Assembly (NCBI RefSeq): GCF_002310835.1
Contig: NZ_CP011041.1
Span: 2,250,001 to 2,282,000, forward strand
Origin: Pseudoalteromonas tetraodonis
GTDB taxonomy: Bacteria > Pseudomonadota > Gammaproteobacteria > Enterobacterales > Alteromonadaceae
Reading direction: 5' to 3'
Length of the DNA: 32,000 bases
A program made the position numbers and the translations under genes. A model generated the notes under the pieces. The model saw nothing but the letters and a program-made list of their open reading frames with translations. It was not told the origin of the DNA and did no database searches. Shown piece after piece: positions 27,389 to 32,000 of the stretch (its first letter is position 1; the number at the start of each line of letters is the position of its first letter).

Positions 27389-28285
27389 GTGGAAAACGTT
27401 CATATTTTGACACAACGTATCTCTGGTCGCGGCGAATTTTTGCCGTTCTCAGCAGAGCAATATAATAGCAATACACCGACAGCACTGCATGAGCTAGCAG
27501 CTAAACTGCAAACGAGCTTAGTTTTAGAAGATATTTTAGGAACGTTTGCAAATTTTGCAAGACAACTGCTTAATTTTTCTGGTGTGCATTTTAAAGCAAC
27601 AAGTATTGATGTAAAAACACCCAATAGTGATGTTGAAAATCCAGCGTACTCGTTTGATTTAAAAGTTGAAAATGAGTACTTAGGCACATTAACTTATTAT
27701 ACAAAGTATCCGCTTAGTGCGGCTATTGAGAAAAAGCTACAACACTTTCATAGTGTACTAATTTATCCATTGCGTAATGCGCTTATGTATAACCGTGTAT
27801 TAAGGTTAGCCACAAAAGATTCATTAACCGGATTAAACAACCGTAGTCAATTTAATGACATGTTGCTACAAAAGCTTGAAAATCATCGACGTAACGGTCA
27901 TTCGTTTAGTTTAATGCTGCTTGATTTAGATAATTTTAAGCAAGTAAATGACAACTATGGTCACAAAATTGGCGATGACGTTTTAATCGAGTTTGCTGCG
28001 GTTTTATCTAGTAGTATTAGGGGGACTGATTCGGTATTTCGCTTTGGTGGCGATGAGTTTTCAATATTAATCGAAGACCCGGCTTTTACCACCAATAAAG
28101 TGGTGGCTGAACGTATTATGCGTTTAGTCAGAAACTCACCGATTATGTCTAAATACAACGTCACAGCCAGTATTGGTTTTACGCTGACTAATAGCGACGA
28201 TTGCCAGAACGAGATATTTTCTCGCGCAGATAAAGGCTTATATAAAGCAAAAGCATCTGGGCGAAACTGCGCAAAAGCCTATTAA
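27389..28285 (+). CDS. Diguanylate cyclase (GGDEF domain) with an uncharacterised N-terminal sensor region
   Basis: Motifs: DSLTGLNNR, LMLLDLDNFKQVND.YGH..GD, and active site RFGGDEFSIL. An RxxD I-site (RGTD) lies 5 residues upstream of GGDEF. The start is GTG, with a purine-rich RBS (GGGGGAAG). Confidence 0.85.
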   Translation: MENVHILTQRISGRGEFLPFSAEQYNSNTPTALHELAAKLQTSLVLEDILGTFANFARQLLNFSGVHFKATSIDVKTPNSDVENPAYSFDLKVENEYLGTLTYYTKYPLSAAIEKKLQHFHSVLIYPLRNALMYNRVLRLATKDSLTGLNNRSQFNDMLLQKLENHRRNGHSFSLMLLDLDNFKQVNDNYGHKIGDDVLIEFAAVLSSSIRGTDSVFRFGGDEFSILIEDPAFTTNKVVAERIMRLVRNSPIMSKYNVTASIGFTLTNSDDCQNEIFSRADKGLYKAKASGRNCAKAY

Positions 28286-28305
28286 GTAATAAAAACATTA
28301 TTTTT

Positions 28306-28337
28306 AAAAAGCCTAGCCTCCCCCGCTGGGCTTTTTT
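28306..28337. terminator. Bidirectional rho-independent terminator between convergent GGDEF and tilS-operon genes
   Basis: aaaaa-GCCTAGC-ctcccc-GCTGGGC-tttttt forms a 7-bp stem. One position is a G-U wobble on the plus strand and a C-A mismatch on the minus strand. A and T runs flank it. Confidence 0.6.
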
Positions 28338-28340
28338 ACG

Positions 28341-28682
28341 CTACTTTTTTAATATCACGTGCTTATAAATGAGCAACATGGCGCAAAAGCCAAAAAAGAA
28401 GCCACTGAGTAAATTAAGCAATGCGGCAATTGTCGCAAGCGGTGTAAAAAGCACTAACAGTAAGGGCATACTCACCCCTAAAATGAAAAATACGCCCCCT
28501 TTACCTAACCAATAGGCAAGTAAAATGGCGGCACATACCATACCGCCCAACACAGCGTAGCCTAATGTAATTATATTAAGGGTTAAAAATACATTCGCTA
28601 AAACCGCAATCAATAGCGTAATTAATATGCCAGTAGGTGCCTTATTTATAAGCGACAGCCCAACATGAGGTTGTTGACTCAT
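28341..28682 (-). CDS. Small hydrophobic membrane protein (3-4 TM), function unknown
   Basis: 113 aa, almost entirely hydrophobic helices. Its ATG overlaps the tilS stop (ATGA at 28679-28682), which suggests translational coupling. I recognised no family. Confidence 0.5.
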   Translation of the reverse strand: MSQQPHVGLSLINKAPTGILITLLIAVLANVFLTLNIITLGYAVLGGMVCAAILLAYWLGKGGVFFILGVSMPLLLVLFTPLATIAALLNLLSGFFFGFCAMLLIYKHVILKK

Positions 28683-29989
28683 GATTTATACTCCCAAATA
28701 ACTCCATTCTCATCTTTATGGTTATCACTAACAAAATAACCAACCACTTGAACTAGCTCATCATTGTAAAAAATTAATGGAATATGAGCACGCAGCCAAG
28801 GGGCTACTTTTGCATCTTTAAACCAATGTTTAAGACTATTACTGCCTGGTTTTTTGAGTGGTTTAATACGCGCACTATTACAGTTAAAACGAACACTGAC
28901 TTGTTCATCAAGTTTAGGGGCGCGTATACCCACTCCCTGCAGGCATTGTAGTATTTGTCCGTCATTCAGCACTAATTCGTGATTTGTTACGCGTTCAATA
29001 TTAACGGCTAAAGGCGTCGGTTGCACAAAATACAGATAACCTTGATGACGGCGTATTTGTCCATCGCTTAGCTCAATAACCATTTGCGCATCAGCTTTGG
29101 CATGAATAGCCTGACTCATTATTTGCATTAACTGTTTTTGCGAAGGCATGGTATGAGTAAATAAAGCCAGCCATGCGCGCAGAAGATTCGCAATGCGAAT
29201 AGCGCTGTAATGAGCCATATTTTGTATATTAAGCGCCTGATGTTGGTTAATACACTGTGCGAGATCTTGCTGGGTATATTCATCAAGCAGTGCTTGTTGC
29301 TGTTGTAATAATTCTATACTACGGGCTGTACACTGCTCAAACCCAGTAAAACGCTCAGCCAACTTAGGCACGATTTGTTGACGCAAAAAATTACGATCAA
29401 AGCGTTCATTGGAGTTTGACTCATCAGTAATATGGCTAATATTAAATTGCTGAGCAAACGCTTCTATGTCGCTGCGTTTTACCCCAAGTAATGGCCTGTA
29501 GCACTCACGGCCACTTTCAAGCACGCGAGTTTGCTGCATAGCGCCGAGCCCTTTTAAGCCTGAGCCGCGCTTTAAACGAAGTAGAAATGTCTCTACTTGG
29601 TCGTTTAAATGCTGGCCTAACAAAATGACACTATCACTTGGGCTGTGTTCATCAAGCGCTTGATAACGCGCTTCGCGAGCCTGCGCTTCAATACTGGTGC
29701 GCGATTTCGGCTCAATAATGACGTTTGCCGCCTTAAAATCAATTGAAAGCTGCTCACAGCGTGCATGGCAAAATTGCCGCCAGTGATGGGCGTTATCACT
29801 TAAGCCATGATTGACATAAATTGCACTTAAATCTAATTGCGGGCACTGCTGTTTTAACGCATGCATTACCTGCAACAGCACCACCGAGTCTACCCCACCA
29901 GATAAGGCTACTGTAAATGTGAATTGCCCATTTTCTAAGTAGTGATTAAGGGATTTTTTTACCTGCAGATAAATAGGTGTTTTGTGCAT
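28679..29989 (-). CDS. tilS: tRNA(Ile)-lysidine synthetase
   Basis: It has a PP-loop (ALSGGVDSVVL). The conserved HLNDQVETFLLRLKRGSG and DESN..ERFDRNFLR motifs match E. coli TilS. I trimmed the start to ATG 29989. The track start is TTG 30028. Confidence 0.9.
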   Translation of the reverse strand: MHKTPIYLQVKKSLNHYLENGQFTFTVALSGGVDSVVLLQVMHALKQQCPQLDLSAIYVNHGLSDNAHHWRQFCHARCEQLSIDFKAANVIIEPKSRTSIEAQAREARYQALDEHSPSDSVILLGQHLNDQVETFLLRLKRGSGLKGLGAMQQTRVLESGRECYRPLLGVKRSDIEAFAQQFNISHITDESNSNERFDRNFLRQQIVPKLAERFTGFEQCTARSIELLQQQQALLDEYTQQDLAQCINQHQALNIQNMAHYSAIRIANLLRAWLALFTHTMPSQKQLMQIMSQAIHAKADAQMVIELSDGQIRRHQGYLYFVQPTPLAVNIERVTNHELVLNDGQILQCLQGVGIRAPKLDEQVSVRFNCNSARIKPLKKPGSNSLKHWFKDAKVAPWLRAHIPLIFYNDELVQVVGYFVSDNHKDENGVIWEYKS

Positions 29990-30053
29990 TAATATACCCA
30001 ATGAGTAAATTGCTAATAACCCGAACAATAAAGGCTCTACGTTACGGTATTTT

Positions 30054-30086
30054 AAAACAAAAAAAGCCGCATAGGCGGCTTTTTTC
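30054..30086 (-). terminator. Rho-independent terminator downstream of accA
   Basis: The plus strand reads aaaaaaGCCGC-atag-GCGGCtttttt. On the minus strand the GC stem is followed by a T7 run. It lies 16-48 bp past the accA stop. Confidence 0.7.
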
Positions 30087-30101
30087 TATATTTAGCTATT
30101 T

Positions 30102-31058
30102 TTAACAATAACCAAACGACATTAAACGCTTGTAACGTTGGTCAAGCATCTCTTCAAGCGATAACGCTTGTAGGTCTGCTAAATCTCGCTTAAGGCGTAC
30201 TTTTAAGTTACGTGCCATCGCATCATAATTACGGTGCGCGCCGCCTAGAGGCTCTTCAACTAAATTATTAATTAAATCTAGCTCTTTAACACGCTCTGCT
30301 GTTACACCCATTGCCTCTGCAGCCAATGGTGCTTTGTCAGCACTTTTCCATAAAATAGAGGCACAACCCTCTGGTGAAATAACCGAGTAAGTGCTGTATT
30401 GCAACATGTTTACTCTGTCGCCCACACCAATGGCTAATGCACCACCTGAACCACCTTCACCAATAACAGTACAAATTGTTGGTACTTTAAGTGCGGCCAT
30501 TACTTTTAGGTTACGTGCAATTGCTTCAGACTGACCACGCTCTTCAGCGCCAACACCAGGGTATGCACCTGGGGTGTCGATAAAGGTCATGATTGGCATT
30601 TTAAAACGCTCTGCCATTTCCATTAAGCGCAATGCTTTACGGTAACCTTCAGGTTTTGGCATGCCAAAATTACGTTTGATTTTTTCAGCAGTACCACGGC
30701 CTTTTTGCTGACCGATCACCATTACTGGCTCACCATCTAAACGGGCTACGCCGCCTAAAATGGCAGGGTCGTTAGCAAACGTGCGATCACCCGCAAATTC
30801 GTCAAATTCCGTAAAAATACGCTCGATATAATCTCGAGTATAAGGACGCAACGGATGACGTGCTAACTGTGATACTTGCCAAGCGCCTAGTTCAGAGAAA
30901 ATTTTCTCCTTCATTTGTGCGCTCTTTTCTTTAAGTTTACTGACTTCCTCTTCTAATCCAAGGTCTAATTCGCCAGCGCGGCTTACATTTTGTAATTCTT
31001 CAATTTTTGCTTCTAATTCTGCAATTGGAAGCTCAAAATCAAGATAATTGAGGCTCAT
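30102..31058 (-). CDS. accA: Acetyl-CoA carboxylase carboxyltransferase subunit alpha
   Basis: 318 aa. [22 protein letters not shown].. is nearly identical to the E. coli AccA N-terminus. It is collinear throughout (..[24 protein letters not shown]..). Confidence 0.95.
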   Translation of the reverse strand: MSLNYLDFELPIAELEAKIEELQNVSRAGELDLGLEEEVSKLKEKSAQMKEKIFSELGAWQVSQLARHPLRPYTRDYIERIFTEFDEFAGDRTFANDPAILGGVARLDGEPVMVIGQQKGRGTAEKIKRNFGMPKPEGYRKALRLMEMAERFKMPIMTFIDTPGAYPGVGAEERGQSEAIARNLKVMAALKVPTICTVIGEGGSGGALAIGVGDRVNMLQYSTYSVISPEGCASILWKSADKAPLAAEAMGVTAERVKELDLINNLVEEPLGGAHRNYDAMARNLKVRLKRDLADLQALSLEEMLDQRYKRLMSFGYC

Positions 31059-31074
31059 GCTCTAAACTACCTAA

Positions 31075-32000
31075 TTAGTTAAATTCTAGTTCTACATTTT
31101 GCGCTGCCATCAGCGATAACTTATGAATTAAGTCGTCACTTGGCGTAACACACCATTCGATCCCTAGGGTTAATTGCACCAACGCATCGGGGCGTTGATA
31201 ATATACCTTGATCGGACACGTTCCCATTTTGTATGGTTCGAGTACTTTTTGTAATTTATCGAAGAAACCAGCCTCGATCTGCACCATATTCAGCGTCATC
31301 TTAATCGCTTTTATACGCTTTTCACGCGCCTGAGCAATGGTGTTTATTTCTCTGGCGGTCATTGTAATACCACCAGAGAAGTTATCAAAGCTGACCTGTC
31401 CGGATATCACCAAAATATTGTTGATTTGCAACATATCTTGGTACATTTCAAACTGTTCTGGAAACAAGCGTACATCAATTCGGGCGCTTTTGTCATCTAA
31501 AGTTATCAGCCCCCAACGATTTCCTTTTTTATTAATTAAGGTTCTCGCTGCAATCACTAAACCTGCTCCGGTTGAGACTACATCACGATTAGTTGGTTGT
31601 AAGTCGATGAGTCGCCCACTGGTATAATGCCCAAGCTCTCGTCGATACTGGTTTATAGGATGTCCGGTTAAATAAAGGCCTAGGGTGTCTTTTTCGCCAT
31701 CAAGCCACTGATTATCCGTAAGCGGTGTTGCTTTTATAAACGCTTGCTCTACTTCATCAGGCTCTGTAGCCAATAAACCAAATAAATCACTTTGCCCTAA
31801 TAATTCAGCTTTGTTGTGCTGATCGGCTGCGCGCATCGCATCTTTTAAGCTGGCTAATAGTGTTGCTCGCCCTGGCTGAGTTTTTTCAGGCCCTAGTTGG
31901 TCTAATGCGCCTGCATAAATTAATTTCTCGGTAACGCGTTTATTTAAGCGTTTTAAATCAACACGCGCACAAAAATCAAATAGGTCTTTAAATGAGCCGC
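31075..32000 (-). CDS. dnaE: DNA polymerase III subunit alpha, C-terminal part (5' end lies beyond the window)
   Basis: I hand-translated the frame and it stays open from 31836 to the window end (..GSFKDLFDFCARVDLKRLNKRVTEKLIYAGALDQLGP..). It aligns with the E. coli DnaE C-terminus ([37 protein letters not shown] ... VELEFD). The track's ATG 31836 is internal. Confidence 0.95.
   Translation of the reverse strand, partial: GSFKDLFDFCARVDLKRLNKRVTEKLIYAGALDQLGPEKTQPGRATLLASLKDAMRAADQHNKAELLGQSDLFGLLATEPDEVEQAFIKATPLTDNQWLDGEKDTLGLYLTGHPINQYRRELGHYTSGRLIDLQPTNRDVVSTGAGLVIAARTLINKKGNRWGLITLDDKSARIDVRLFPEQFEMYQDMLQINNILVISGQVSFDNFSGGITMTAREINTIAQAREKRIKAIKMTLNMVQIEAGFFDKLQKVLEPYKMGTCPIKVYYQRPDALVQLTLGIEWCVTPSDDLIHKLSLMAAQNVELEFN

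Noticed and set aside
1-32000. Search for CRISPR arrays, tRNA or rRNA genes, transposases, integrases, prophage genes or defence-system genes
   Set aside because: I found none. There are no spaced direct-repeat arrays, no tRNA-like T-arm motifs outside ffs, and no recombinase-like ORFs. GC content and gene content look like core chromosome throughout.

Overview
This window looks like core chromosome from an AT-rich (about 40% GC) marine gammaproteobacterium. Protein similarity suggests Alteromonadales or Pseudoalteromonas, but that is inference only. I found no transposase, integrase, CRISPR array, tRNA or rRNA, and no recognisable defence island.

Gene order:
- radD (partial, minus strand, absent from the ORF track)
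- TonB-dependent receptor
- polB, divergent from a tightly packed dinG / TSUP transporter / priC / HDAC11-like deacetylase string
- comFB-like and ybaM
- Sel1-repeat lipoprotein
- a FAN1-like VRR-NUC nuclease fused to a DnaQ-type exonuclease
- MFS sugar porter
- FadL-family outer membrane protein plus two YeeE/YedE half-size membrane proteins
- hybrid sensor kinase
- ffs (4.5S SRP RNA, which the ORF track shows as a spurious 75-aa ORF)
- DUF3014-like protein, patatin-like lipase, CPA2 antiporter, GGDEF cyclase
- small membrane protein, tilS, accA, and the dnaE 3' end

Most notable observations:
1. A near-consensus LexA (SOS) box overlaps the promoter of the unusual FAN1-like/exonuclease fusion gene.
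2. A weaker LexA-like box lies in the 60-bp polB/dinG divergent region. The stop/start overlaps downstream suggest dinG, the TSUP gene, priC and the deacetylase are co-transcribed.
3. Five replication or repair genes fall within the first 15.5 kb.

I cannot support a defence or mobile system here. The claims of novelty are modest and rest on inference. Several ORF-track starts use the most upstream ATG, GTG or TTG and were trimmed to more plausible starts.
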